A stretch of DNA of 64,000 nt. Origin: the human T2T-CHM13v2.0 reference genome, Homo sapiens. Shown here one piece after another: positions 16,963-30,597 of the stretch. How positions within the stretch are numbered: position 1 is the stretch's first letter; every line of letters starts with the position of its first letter. The stretch lies in assembly GCF_009914755.1 (NCBI RefSeq), contig NC_060925.1; one strand, written 5' to 3'. The position numbers were made by a program, and so were the translations under genes. The notes beneath the pieces were generated by a model, which was given only the letters and a program-made list of their open reading frames with translations, was not told the origin of the DNA and made no database searches.

Positions 16963-17416
16963 AGTATTAGTTTCCTAGGGCTGCCATTAAAAAGTACCAA
17001 ATACTGTCTCAGTATTTTTGATCTTAGGAATCACAAATAAAGTACTTGGGAGGGCCATACTCTCTCTCTCTCTTTCAGCTCTAGGCTAACATCCTTCCTT
17101 GCTGCTTCTAGCTTCTGGTGTTTGCCAGCAATACTTCTTCCTTAGCTTATAGATGCATTACTGCAGAAACATGGTTGCTCTCTGCCCTGTGTGTGTGCAC
17201 ATTGTCTTTCCTCTGTGTGTGTCTGTGTCCAAATTTTTCCTTTTTATAATGACACCAGTCATATTGTCTTAGGGCCCACCCTAGCAGTCAAATTTTAGCT
17301 CGATTACCACTATAAAAACCCTACTTTCAAATATGGTCACATTCTGAGAGACTGGGGTTAGGACAACATACTTTTTTGGAGGGAGGGAGGAGTGGGACAT
17401 AACTTTGCCCATAACA
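16963..17416 (-). mobile_element. MLT1B/C-like MaLR LTR
   Basis: GTATTAGTTTCCTAGGGCTGCC start, GACACCAGTCATATTG, GGTCACATTCTGAG, CCCATAACA end. Confidence 0.8.
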
Positions 17417-17657
17417 ACTACCTATTTTTAAAATTATGTTTATATACTTAACTTGTTTTTCCATTGAGAGTTTAATTTTTATAAGTTTATTTTAAAGTGT
17501 TTTTTAATATTTAAGGTTGGTATATGTTATTATAACATTAATAATAAAAATTAGTAATAGTTTTCACTTTGTTATTTGGTATAAACTTAATCTTTTGTTT
17601 TTAAACGCCTTAACAAATTAGTCATTTATGTTATTTGGAGGGAAGTGGGTGGGGACT

Positions 17658-17760
17658 CCCTATGTTGACCAGGCTGGGCCCAAGTTCCTGGACTCAGGGG
17701 ATCCTCCTGCCTCAGTCTCTTGAGTAGCTGGGACTACAGGTATGTGCCACTGTGCCTAAC
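17658..17760 (-). mobile_element. FLAM/Alu monomer fragment
   Basis: GATCCTCCTGCCTCAGTCTCTTGAGTAGCTGGGACTACAGG. Confidence 0.75.
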
Positions 17761-18226
17761 AGGCATTAATTTATGTTGAACTTTTTCTTTTACTTCTACA
17801 ATATAGAGTGTTTAAAAACCCTTTTCTAACCATCTGAGAGATGAACGATGGTTTTATTCTTTATATTTAATTGTTTGTCCTGTATGGCATTTATTTTGAT
17901 AAGTTGTGTGGAAAAAGTATTCATCTTCCTCCTTTCCTCCCTCCTACCACCCACTCTCTCTGTCTCTCTCTCTGTGTTTCTTCCTGATTTCAAATAGCTT
18001 TTCTAACATTTTAAAACTTGTCTCTCAGCCTGATACCAGAGGTTACTTCTTGAGAACATGTTTCTCCAGTCATGATTGTGTATACACACACACACACATG
18101 CACACACACACAGAGGAGAGCAGTGTTACAGTACTGGAGATTGGGGGATAACCAAAGACAAGACTGAGGGGGAAAGTGTGTAGTGATCATCTCTCAGTTC
18201 AAGCCTGAAAGGAATCTATACATTTT

Positions 18227-19204
18227 TTAACTACTGAAAGCCCCATTTCCCTGGGGCCCACTTCCTCTGCAATGTATGGTCTTTCTGAGGGCTGCCTTTA
18301 CTTCATGGTTCCTCAGACAGTAAATGATGGGGTTGAGGAGTGGAACAATGACAGTGTAGAGAACAGATACCACTTTGTTGGAATTGTAGGCATACATGAG
18401 TTTGGGACGGGCATAGGTGAAAAGTGTCATGGAATAGAAGAGAATTACGACGGTCAGGTGGGAGGCACAGGTGGAGAATGCCTTTTGGCGGCCCTGAGCA
18501 GAAGGGATCCTGAGGATGGTGGCAAGGATAGCAGCGTAGGATGCCACCACAACACAAAGAGGAATAGCAATGACCATGAGGGCCAAGAAGAAGTCCACCA
18601 TCTCAGCCTGTGAGGCATCCTCACAGGAGACGTTAAGGAGTGGAGAGATATCACAAAAGTAGTGATTGATCTGAGGCATGCCACAGTAGTGAAGTTGTGC
18701 TATAAAAACCATCTTAATCATGGCAGTCATGAGTCCACAGAACCAGCATCCTCCAGCCAGTGTGCCACAGAGCTGGTTGGTCATGATGACTGGGTAGCGT
18801 AGTGGATTACAAATGGCTACATAGCGGTCAAAGGCCATGATAGCAAGAAGGATGTACTCAGTGCAGACAAAGGTCACAAAAAAGTAAAGTTGAGTCATGC
18901 AGCCATTGAAGGAAATACTCTTGTCATGACTGAGGAAGTCAACAAGCATCTTGGGGCTGATGACTGTGACATACCACATCTCCAGGAAGGAGAGGTGGCT
19001 CAAGAAGAAGTACATGGGCTTATGCAGCTGCCCATCACTGTGGATAGCTAAGATGATAAGAAGATTCTCCAGCAGTGTCAGCAGATAGGTTGCCAGGAAA
19101 ATGGAGAAAAAGAGAAGCTGGAAGGCTGGTCGTGTTGGAAACCCCAGAAGAATGAAACGTGTTGTCACTGTATGATTATCTACTTCCAGAATTATGGTGG
19201 TCAT
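18227..19204 (-). CDS. OR6Y1: Olfactory receptor 6Y1 (7TM class A GPCR, 325 aa)
   Basis: Intact ORF with LHKPMYFFL, MAFDRYVAIC, YFCD, ASY, KAFSTCASHL and PLLNPIIYCLRN motifs and an N-glycosylation site (NHT). Protein recognised. Confidence 0.95.
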   Translation of the reverse strand: MTTIILEVDNHTVTTRFILLGFPTRPAFQLLFFSIFLATYLLTLLENLLIILAIHSDGQLHKPMYFFLSHLSFLEMWYVTVISPKMLVDFLSHDKSISFNGCMTQLYFFVTFVCTEYILLAIMAFDRYVAICNPLRYPVIMTNQLCGTLAGGCWFCGLMTAMIKMVFIAQLHYCGMPQINHYFCDISPLLNVSCEDASQAEMVDFFLALMVIAIPLCVVVASYAAILATILRIPSAQGRQKAFSTCASHLTVVILFYSMTLFTYARPKLMYAYNSNKVVSVLYTVIVPLLNPIIYCLRNHEVKAALRKTIHCRGSGPQGNGAFSS

Positions 19205-19210
19205 GACTGG

Positions 19211-19232
19211 CTGTGGGCACAGACAAAGTCAG
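19211..19232 (-). promoter_or_regulatory. 3' splice acceptor of the OR6Y1 coding exon
   Basis: Minus strand reads CTGACTTTGTCTGTGCCCACAG|CCAGTCATG: branch-point-like CTGAC, pyrimidine tract, and AG 6 nt before the ATG. Confidence 0.75.
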
Positions 19233-22200
19233 TTCCTTCCATGACACAAGCACTAGTCTATGGTTATTTGTATTGATAGAGCCCACCACCAGCAAATTTA
19301 TCACAATAGGAGGTTTCTGCTTTTTTATCTTACTGCCTCTTGAATTATGAAGAGAACCAAAGCTTTTGAGAAAAGATGGAATTTAGGGAGCTTATATTTT
19401 AACTTGTTTTCAGATTTTCTCAAGAGCAGTAACTTGTCCAAGGTCATACAAAATAGAGTTTATAACTTTCTAAATCCCAGTTCTGTGCTTTACCAATATA
19501 TCACTTTTGGGCACATAAATGGTCTCCAGACCACCCTTTCACTACAGGCAAAACATCCCCATCTGCTGAATATGGAGAAGAGAAAGAAGGCCCAACTACC
19601 CATTCTCTAGGGGCAATTTGGGTGACTCTGGAGTGGTTGCATGACCCCACTTATCTGTAAAATGGAGAGAACGTTCTTGCTTGTGTCTAACAATGTGCTT
19701 AAGCTTGAATGAAGCAATAGTTGAGCATACCCACAGGATTAACAGCAAAATCAGGTTTGATGCAATTATTCACCAGCTTTTCAGAGAACAAAATTGAATG
19801 GATAACATGAAGGGTAATAGTTTCTTCAATACAATCCATTGTATAAAGTGCTTGCTTAGGAGTTTGACAAAAGTGCATTCAAATCCAACTTTTGTCTTTG
19901 TATAGCTAAGTGAGAGTACCACATAATCTTTTAGAATATTAGTTACTTTATTTCTAAAATGGGGATAATACAATGGGGTTCACATTTTGTGAACATCAAA
20001 TGGGATTTAGAGTTTAAATTCAGTTCCTATGATATTTGCTGTGACCTTTCCAGGCTACTTTACTTACCCCACATACATAGCTCCTCCTCCTTTTAAAAAA
20101 ACACACACTCCACCCCACACAAAGTTTCCCCCACCCCAACTTCAACCCCTGCCAAAAACAGCAAAAAACTGGTGCAAACAGCAGCCATTGTTAATGAAAA
20201 AAGGGAGAGGACCGTGGGACTTTTCCAAGGGTAATAAATTTAAAAACTGTAATCTGTTGGGAGTAATATCAGAGAAAACAAGCAAGAATTCTATTAGTGA
20301 CTCTTCTGCATTTCTGTTCATTAATTTAGCAAAATGTGTGACCTCTTTTTGTGTTAGGCTGATAATCATTCCCAAACCCATTGATACTAAACACCTTCCC
20401 ATTTCAAGTCTTGCTCTGTGTCCTATTGCTTCAATTCTCTTTTCTGCTCTTCTCCAGAGCCACAGTCACTCTTGATCCCCATTTCTCAACAGCTCTATTT
20501 TATGGCATAAATATGTAGGACAACTAGGGGATGGTTTTTTTTTTTTTTTAAGGAATGATCATGAGGTTGCAGAGCCAGAAAACTACTGCCCATACTATCC
20601 ATTTCCTCTTCCCACTTAGATTTCAGCTTTAGATTCCTGAAAGAAAGGCAGAATAGAAAGGCAGGATTATTCCTTCTGAGAGAGGGAAATGGACACAGAT
20701 AACCCAGAAAAGGCAAAGAATATATAACAGTGTAAATGCAAATAATTTTCTTTTCTGTTGGAATATAGTTCCTGAGAAACACATGCACAAACACAAACAC
20801 ACACACAGTCAACACAAAACTTGTCCTTGCTCATTGCAGCTTGGTATTCACTAGGCAGTGTGAGAGTGGGACTTACAAGCAAGGCAAGGTTTATGAATCC
20901 TCCTTATCTTTTTCTTCATCCTGATTTAAAAAAATATCTTTGAGTCCAAAAATTCAAACCAACTTAAAATCTATTTGTGAAGAGTGTAGGCCAGTCTCCA
21001 TCTTGCTCTCTCTTACTATATCACCACCATTTTCAATGAATTGATGAAATGAACATGTTTCTAGCTATTGAGGGTAGTATTACTGTTTGGGAGGCACTTT
21101 CTTGGTCCATAGTGATAGGATACCAGTCTCCAGAGCCATGTCCTTGGGCTTAATCTTTGTGTCTATTTTTTAAAAATATTCTGGAAAACTACAGGCAAGA
21201 CATTATACCCTAATGTCCTCTTTTCTTGGAATCACCCACAGTGTCCTGTAGAAGATGCCTAGCCTAAAAAGCATGGTTAGAATAATTCTACTAATTAATG
21301 TAACATATTCTCCATTCCTTTGCAATAGATATTGTCATTCTTGGGTAGCTGCTTCAGACATGAAGCTGGAAATAAAAACATCTAATTTAATTTTAAGAAT
21401 AAGAATAAGTAAATAAAGTGGGGATATTTTCACAGAACTATGCATTCATTCATTCTTCTTCTAATTCCAGCAGAGTCCAGATGAAGCTCCACAAAGTAAA
21501 AATACAAGGAAATAAAAAGGAAAGTGAGTATACAGTATATATAAAGAACATCTGATTAAGCAGCTTTATCATTTGAGCATGGAATTTAGCTTTGAGGTCC
21601 CTAGCAGTCAAGCAGAAGAGGAAAACAATTCAAAGCACAATATGCTGACATTCAAGTTTCAAAATTATTCACACATATGTATATATAGAATTATATTTTG
21701 ATAAGTGTTAAAGTTAATGTATAAAGAGGTAGAGTGCTTTATCAACAGGCACATGCATTGTAGATATAGTAAGGTGTCTAGATTCCTAATTTCTAGGGCT
21801 AGATTGTCTGAGTCACATCCCAGTGCCTTCTCAGACTGTTTAGACAGTCCATTGGGCAGGCTTGTGAGGAAGAGAGCAAGGTTCACATAGTTAACAGCCT
21901 TCCCTCCAGTGGAAGTTTTATAGCAACTGGATTCTGAGGAGGCTATGCTGAATATATGGAATCATCTTTACTGCCAGATGATAACTCACATTTGTGTATG
22001 TGAAAGCACATTCACATCATTCTATCTGATGTTCACCATCATGGAATTAGCACCAATGTCACAGTGCTGACTTGACCCAAAGATATTAAATGTCTAGCTT
22101 AATGGTACACAGCTAAATTGCTTAATGGCAGAATTGAAATTAAACAGCAAATTTATTTTTTATAATCCACTGATTTTTGTGTATGAGTATGTAGAGGATG

Positions 22201-22842
22201 ATCTATGAATTGGGTGAGGCTTTTTTTTTTTCTTCTGAGAATTAAATTGTACCTTTAAAAATAGTTTTAATGGCACTCTATGCAAGGAATGAAAATTTAA
22301 GGAGAATCAAAGGGCCAGGCTGAGAGCCAAGAGTCAGTTGAAGGTTCCGGTACTCTGAATCTCAAACATATTACCTAGCAGCAGGTTAAACCATCTCACT
22401 TTTTCTTGTAGCCAACTCTCAGTCACACATTGTGGACTTGTCTCATGAAATAATAGCATTTTAAAATCAGCGGTATTTTAATTCAAAGTTCTTTTTTTTC
22501 CTCAGATAAGGAAATCCCAGAGTGATTTAAGTGATTTTCTCTAAGTTTAAACAACTATATAGTGGCAGAGTAGCAATTTATTAATGATTACATTTTAGTC
22601 CCTATCAAGCTTTAACCCCCAATTGTCTTATACAATTCATTCAATTTAATTCCTTCTGTTATCTTACACACTTCATTCAAATTATTTACTTATCTGACCC
22701 GATTCTCAAGAAGGACAAATCATCTCAAGTTTTAGCCTGATTTAAATAGAATCATAAAAGTTAGTGCGAGTCTTACAACTATGATTTTCTCAAAAAATAT
22801 ATATATTTTAGCTTTCACAATTGCTTGTCCATTGTAGTGATT

Positions 22843-22872
22843 ACACACACACACACACACACACAAACACAC
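22843..22872. repeat. (CA)n microsatellite
   Basis: Directly visible; other short CA/TA runs at about 18083-18111 and 23310-23360. Confidence 0.9.
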
Positions 22873-22904
22873 ATTGCTAAACAAGTAGAATGAGATCCTT
22901 CAGC

Positions 22905-23070
22905 TCTAGAAACACAGGATTGTAGGACTGCAAAGAACCTGAGAGGTAATATGATTTAGCTCCCTATCACATTTTGTGAATCACCAATGTATAGACACAA
23001 GTATTCACCCAGACTTTGCCTGATTTTTTCCAGGAATGGAAATCCAGTATCTATAAAACTAGCCATACTT
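22905..23070. mobile_element. Possible L3/CR1 terminal fragment
   Basis: GGACTGCAAAGAACCTGAGAGGTAAT...CACCCAGACTTTGCC...TTCCAGGAATGGAAATCC resembles a recalled CR1 3' end; very diverged. Confidence 0.4.
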
Positions 23071-24417
23071 TAAATAAGAGAAACTTTTGATTTGGGAGAT
23101 GGAACACTTTCTCTTCTGAAACCCAATGCACCCACATTCAGGGGTCCTGGTTCTGTTTCTGAAAGTAAGTCTCGTCTCGTTCTCAAAGGATAGACTTCAC
23201 TGTTTGAAAATAGCTGTAAGGTCCATTAAACCTCCAATTGCCCCCCTCATCACCCCCATTACCCCTGTCTCATAATGTCTTTCTTTTTTAGATTAAGCCA
23301 CTCAATTTACATATATGTATGTATGGAGATATATATATGTATATATATATATATATATATGGCCAGTTTATCGGTTCCCTAAAGTTTGTGATCATCCTCT
23401 TTGGATGATTCCAGCTTAACTGGGACATTTAATGGGGACAAATATCATCAGGCTATGGAAAATACAATTGGAATTTAAGGCTTAGTTTCACTCTGGAATC
23501 AGAGGATAAGAATATCTTCTTTTTCCCCTTGAGCCTTCCACCAGAGAGGACCAAGAGGCTCTCTTTCTGATTTCCCAGGGAGGGTGGATATGACCTTTCC
23601 CACAGCTAGTGGGCAATGAGCCCAGGATAATAATGGGTCTAGGAAATGACCTACTCTGTTGTTTGTGGGAAAATGAGGTATAGGGAAGAAAACGTATATG
23701 GTCAAATTGCTCCTGGTAATGGAGGCATTTTAAAAATTGCCATACAAGCTCTGTGGGGATTGGTTTGGCCAAACTGAGGGTCTCAGAAGTCTTCAAAAAT
23801 GGAACATAGGTAGTGAAAGAAGTAACAAAGCAATCACTTGTGCTCAATCTAGTCTTCTACTAATTCCTGCAGGGAGGTGAGAAAAAAAAGTGTAGGTTAG
23901 CCAGAGGTGGACATTGAGGGTCTTGGACCCTCAATAGGCATTTTCTAAAGGGTAGGAACACATTCTTACTCCTTCAAATCAGTTTTAAAGGGATACAATT
24001 CTAATCCAGCTCCTTTTTCCCAGGCCTTTTCAGGAACGAATATGCTTCAGGGTGATATGTGTAACAGCCCCTAGGTTTCTGGTAGGACAGAATGCCTTGC
24101 TGCTATGTAGTAAGCCCCTCTGCACCTCTCCGTTTCTACTGTGAGTTGGCTTTGAAGACTTTAGTGAAAAAATATCTATTTCATATCCCTGATCCTCTAT
24201 ACTTTATAACTTTCCAAAACCATGACTTGTATTTTGAAATAATTTAATTTCCAACTAGGTCCTTTGGGAAAAGTGGCTTAATTTCTATGGGTCTCACTTG
24301 GGTATGATTAATCTTTGCAGTTTATTTCAGGATTTCAAGTTGAAAATAAATGTGGTCACATAATGTGATGCATTTTTTTGCTCTATGGGAATTTTTCTTG
24401 CTCTATGGCACTATCAC

Positions 24418-24682
24418 TAGAAGTGAAATTCTAGTGTTCTATAGCACTGTAGGATGACTGTAGTTAACAATAATATGATACATAGTTTCAAATAGCTAGA
24501 TATTTGAAGGAGGATACTGAATGTTCCCAACACTAAGCAATTGTCAATGTTTGAGATGATGAATATGCTAATTACTCTGATCTGATCATGGTTCATTATA
24601 TGGATCAAAATACCACTATATACCCCACAAATACGTACAATTATATATATATACATATTAATTAAAAATAAAAGAAAAAATG
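24418..24682 (+). mobile_element. L1MA-type 3' UTR fragment
   Basis: TTCTAGTGTTCTATAGCACTGTAGGATGACTGTAGTTAACAATAAT...TTTCAAATAGCTAGA, followed by an A-rich end. Confidence 0.82.
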
Positions 24683-25357
24683 TAGCAGGAATAATATTAT
24701 AAGCCATCTGATCCTCCAGACATCATTTTGTTTGTCAGTCCCTGCTCTTATTTAACATAAAACACACATGCTTACTCACATACCTATGTTCTACCCACCA
24801 CTTCTCGCATACATGTATTCATTCATCTACACTGGTCCATTCATTTCATCCTCTACTCCATTTTCTCTTTTTTTGTCCCTTATGTCAGAGTAGATTTGGA
24901 ATCTGTGCTTTGAAAGGCAGAGTTGGGCAGATGCATTAATTTGAGGCATCTTCAGAACAAACCTTTGGGAAATTTTCATTCTCAGGCTTATTTCACCTAG
25001 AGTAAGTTATCACAGTAGAGTCTTAAAATGACATGAGAATCCATATTACACTACATTTCTGAATCCTTAACATATTTCATATGGCTAGACATACATAGAT
25101 GCTGAAAAAAATCTTTGTTGAACTGGAACTAATCTATATATATACTAAATTCCTCTCCATCTATAACTTGTTGTATCACTACGCATTATAGGCTTAAAGA
25201 TGACAAACTATCTTTAAAAATCAATAAAATAAAATTTTGGATGAATCAGTAATTTACATACAATTTATCTTCCATTATTCCCTACTTTCCTTCATAAAAA
25301 TAAATAATTAAAAGATGGCTAAATTCCCCTTTGGAAATATCTGAGAGTCTTTTTTTC

Positions 25358-25720
25358 AACTCACCATTTTCTCAGGAATATAACCCTTTTCCCACCTAGC
25401 TTTATCAAAGATGGCCAGCTTGCGCTGAGAAAAGAGAAGAAATCATGTAGACCAAGAGAAGAACAATGTACATAAGCCTAGAGAGTTTCTGGGCAAGTCT
25501 GGTTCTGTCTCTGCTTGAAGAAGGCACAGAATGGAGCTATTTGTGCTTCTGCCTGCTTTCAAGCTACTGGAGGAGACAAACCAACTCACTTCTATTCACA
25601 AGGGACCTCCCAAGAGGCACAGCCTTCAGGAACATATTTGGCCTTTCCAGGGCTCAAGGGGATCCTGGGAGGATATTAAGGAAGAGCTAGCAAGCTAAGT
25701 GGAGTCTCCAGGCACAAAAG
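25358..25720 (-). promoter_or_regulatory. Candidate OR6Y1 non-coding first exon and promoter
   Basis: Consensus donor ATG|GTGAGT (exon end 25365) and a cluster of O/E(EBF)-like motifs at 25596-25671 in non-repetitive sequence. Confidence 0.55.
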
Positions 25721-26039
25721 AGACCTTAGACTGGCTGGAAGTACTCTGCCTGTCCTCCCCAACGAGACTTGGGAAGAGGAAGGTGGCGAGGGGAAATGTG
25801 TGTGCGTGTGTGTGTGTCCTCTTTCTGAGGAACAATCTCACAAATAATAAGGTCTTCCAGAAAAAGACAGTGCTATAACCCAAGTAATTCAGAAAATAAA
25901 AATGATAAGTACACTTCCTTATTCGGGAACCCAAGTGTATGAGCACATGCACATTTGCAAACTCCAAACACACTCAGATATTGTGCTTATAAGTATACAC
26001 AAAAGTAACTGTAATGCATCAGTAACTCAGTAGATGTGA

Positions 26040-26405
<366 letters not shown>

Positions 26406-27171
26406 TGTATTTACTCTTATTATCTACAACTAGTACACATTCAGAAGCATACAGATACTCAGAGAACACAAATGACAATAAGATTATATGGAAAATAAAC
26501 TGGCATGGAAAAAGGACAGTTATCTCTTTAGGTATGTATGTTGCTTCCTGGGTTTGGATACCTGCACATCCAGGATAATTAGCTTTAGAACCACAGACCC
26601 AGGACTATAGTAGGAAGTGAGCAGGCTCTGTTGGGTTTTGATATGCACTACTATGAAGGATATTGATCATTGTAGGAGACTGTGCTTTTCTGGAGTTGGG
26701 AAAGATGAGAACTAGCCAAAAAAGAATAACAACTCCCAATAAAAAATTAAGTTCTTTATTTTAAAATAACAGAATTCCCCTAAGGAAAATAACAAAACCC
26801 GTCAGATTCCAAAAGGCCTAGTTCATATTTTTAGGAGTAACCACTCTTTACTCCTCACCGTTTTTCAATTTGATAAAAAATTTAAAAAGGAAAATTTTTC
26901 CCATAGAAAACTGGAATAACACTTCATTTATTTCCAGGCAGTCTCTTAGCTCATTACTGGTTCTGTGGTGATATTCTGTGTTACCATTCTATAGGAACCT
27001 GACCATTCATTCAATAAATATGTATTGAGTATCTTCTAAGTGTCAGGAGCCATTCTGGTCACATGTCACTACTCTTTTCAAATAGTTTTACTGTAATAGT
27101 TTTATTTAGCCCTTAGGAATTTGATGATAGACTTCAAGAACAAGAACCTCTTCTGATAACAGAGGAGTTTC

Positions 27172-27257
27172 AAACTGAGTGGTATTAAACCTGTGTCCTA
27201 TTTGCTATTACCTAAAGTTCAGTAAATAGGAAACATAGGTTTAATACCACTCAGTTT
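27172..27257. repeat. Long inverted repeat / hairpin
   Basis: AAACTGAGTGGTATTAAACCT (27172-27192) is the exact reverse complement of 27237-27257; pairing continues inward to about 35 bp. Confidence 0.95.
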
Positions 27258-27489
27258 TAATTCCATTCTCTTGAAATAAGGAAAACATGATACAGATAAT
27301 TAAAAATTGATGCGAAACGTAAAAGAAAGAGGACATGGGTTTCAAGTCAGCAAAACATGGATTTGTATTGCTTTTTGTCAGCTCTTGGATGTAAGTAAGT
27401 TCTCAAACCTCTGGAAGTATTACATTCTTCATCTTTAAAAGGTGATACATCAAACCAAAGGTTAATCTTGAGTACCAGCTCCGAGTAAA

Positions 27490-27720
27490 GACTCTGCAGC
27501 TAGAGTGCCATGGTTCAAATCCTGGCTCATCCGTGTCCTATTACATGACCTTGGGCAAATTATTTTGTCTCTCAGTTTTTTTTTTAAATTGGAAAAATAA
27601 AACAATAAGAGTACTTATCTCTTAGAATTATTGTGATGATGGTATGGATTATATATGTAAGCTGTTTAGAATAACACTTGCCATGCAAATACATGTTTTT
27701 ATGTGTGAGTATTTGTATTA
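27490..27720 (+). mobile_element. MIR SINE
   Basis: GGTTCAAATCCTGGCTC...ATGACCTTGGGCAAATTA...TCTCAGTTT MIR core. Confidence 0.8.
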
Positions 27721-29303
27721 TGTCAAGCAAATAGAAGGTGTTCAGAAAAATTAATTTAATTTCCAATTTCCTTTATAAGTTACTTGCACATGAACATAAG
27801 AATTTTTGCCATTTGTGAAATTTTTAATATATTTGAAAGAAACAATGAAGCTGTTTCTGACTAAGTGACTCATGAGTTAACTGGCTTCTTCATCAAGAGA
27901 TCATCTCATTTTTCCAGTTTTCATGTGAAAGTAGAGACAGAACCCACTGTATGCTACTTCTTAAATAAGTTCTGTTAACTTAATTTGTAAAATTTGATGA
28001 AATATAGAATGACTGAGACTCTTAAAAATTATTTAAAAATTACTGAACTAAGGATTCTCAAGGAGAGAGACTTCTCCCAAGTCATTGCTTTTCACTGCAA
28101 TGTCTGGTACATAGTAGGCACCTAAAATATCTGCTCAATGAGGAAATGAGCTGAGTCCCATTCTATTTAAATGAATAAAAATGTGTAACTTTAGTGGAGA
28201 GGAAAATAAGGAATCGCAGAAGCTCCTGGCTGATTAAGTACTATTGTGAGGAGATTTGTAGAAAAAAATATTACTATCTTAGATCTTTTAAAAAAATCTT
28301 CCTAACTAGTATTGTGAACTGAGGAATGAATACAAAGAAAACATGGTCTTTTCTTGGTTTATAATCATTTCTCAATACAAAAATATGTAGTTAGAACTAT
28401 GAGTGCTTAAAATGAAAAAAAAAATCTGAGTTTGTTATTATTTTCTGTCAAGAAATCATTTTAAAAGTTAATATTAAAAAACAATAGATAGACTACATCT
28501 ACGAGTAGAGTGACAAAAAGCACATGCGTATACATTGTAAGAAGTTTGGCTCTGAGGAAATATTCAGAATGATTATGCATTTATCTTTGATGAGAAGAAA
28601 GAGGGTAATTTTTAAATGAGTAAGTTAAAATTTACTAGGGACCTATTTTTCTTTTGTGTTAGTATTTGGTAATTCTTTCCGAAAATTGTAAAGTTTCTAT
28701 ATTCTCTCTAAAGTCACAAAAATTTAGAAGCAGATAATCATGTCTTGTGTCTTCTATAAAGTGTCTTGTAAATAAAAAACACAAAATTTTTATTTTCTTT
28801 TTAAATTCAAGCACATTTTAGTCAATTGGATGAATAGTGCTGCTATTTTAAAAAAGATTAATTTCATTCAAAAAATCATGATACCGCGTTTTCCACAATG
28901 TGTTTATTTCACATTGCATGCCTGTGTCAAAACAGCTCATGTGTCCCATAAATATATACAACTACTACGCACTCAATTTTTTAAAAAACAAATGAGATGG
29001 CCAAAAAAATAATAAATAAATAAATCATGATAAACTTCACTGCATGCTACTTTACTGTTCCCTCTCTGTTACCTTTATCTGGTGAAAAGCTGGCTGCACT
29101 GAGTACAAATTAAGAACCTTAAAAAAATAACAAAACAAAATCAAGTAAAATAAAATAAAACAAAGCAAAGTGCATCAAAATAAAATAAAACAGCCTCAGT
29201 AGTAGTTACTGGAATTGCAGATATCAAGTCTGGAAAAAAATAACCTGCTTTTCTCTGGCTAGGCTTTTGAATTGCAACATTAAGGAGACAGTAACTATAA
29301 CAC

Positions 29304-29959
<656 letters not shown>

Positions 29960-29964
<5 letters not shown>

Positions 29965-30597
29965 GACTTGTGAAGAAAAGTGGATTTTATATAACAACTG
30001 GCCACAACCAGCTCAGTGGTTGGATAGAGAAGAAGCTCCAAAGCATTTCTCAAAGCCAAATTTGCACCATGAAAAGGTCATGGTCACTGTTTGGTGGTTT
30101 GCTGCCGGTCTGATCCACCACAGCTTTCTGAATCCCAGCAAAACCATTACATCTGAGAAGTATGCTCAGCAAACCGATGAGATGCAGCAAAAGCTGCAAC
30201 ACCTTTAGCTGGCATTGGTCAACAGAAAGCCCAATTCTCCACCACAACGTCCAAATGCATGTCACATTACCAATGCTTCAAAAGTTGAATGAATTGGGCT
30301 ATGAAGCTTTGGCTTATCCACCACATTCACCTGACCTGTCACCAAACAACTATCACTTCTTCAAGCATCTTGACAACTTTTTGCTGGAAAAACACTTCCA
30401 CAATCAGCAGGATGCAGAAAATGCTTTCCAAGAGTTCATCAAACCCTGAAGCATGGAATAAACAAATATATTTCTCATTGGCAAAAATGTGTTGGTTGTA
30501 ATGGTTCCTATTTTGGTTAATAAAGATGTGTTTGAGCCTAGTTGTAATGGTTTAAAATTCACAGTCCAGAACCACAATTCCTTTTGCACCAACCTAG
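29960..30597 (+). mobile_element. Hsmar1 fossil, catalytic C-terminal half plus 3' terminal inverted repeat
   Basis: [13 protein letters not shown]...QWLDREEAPKHF...KVMVTVWW and LQKLNELGYE...HSPDLSP..YHFFKHLDNFL. Ends with AACCACAATTCCTTTTGCACCAACCTA (30570-30596). Confidence 0.95.
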
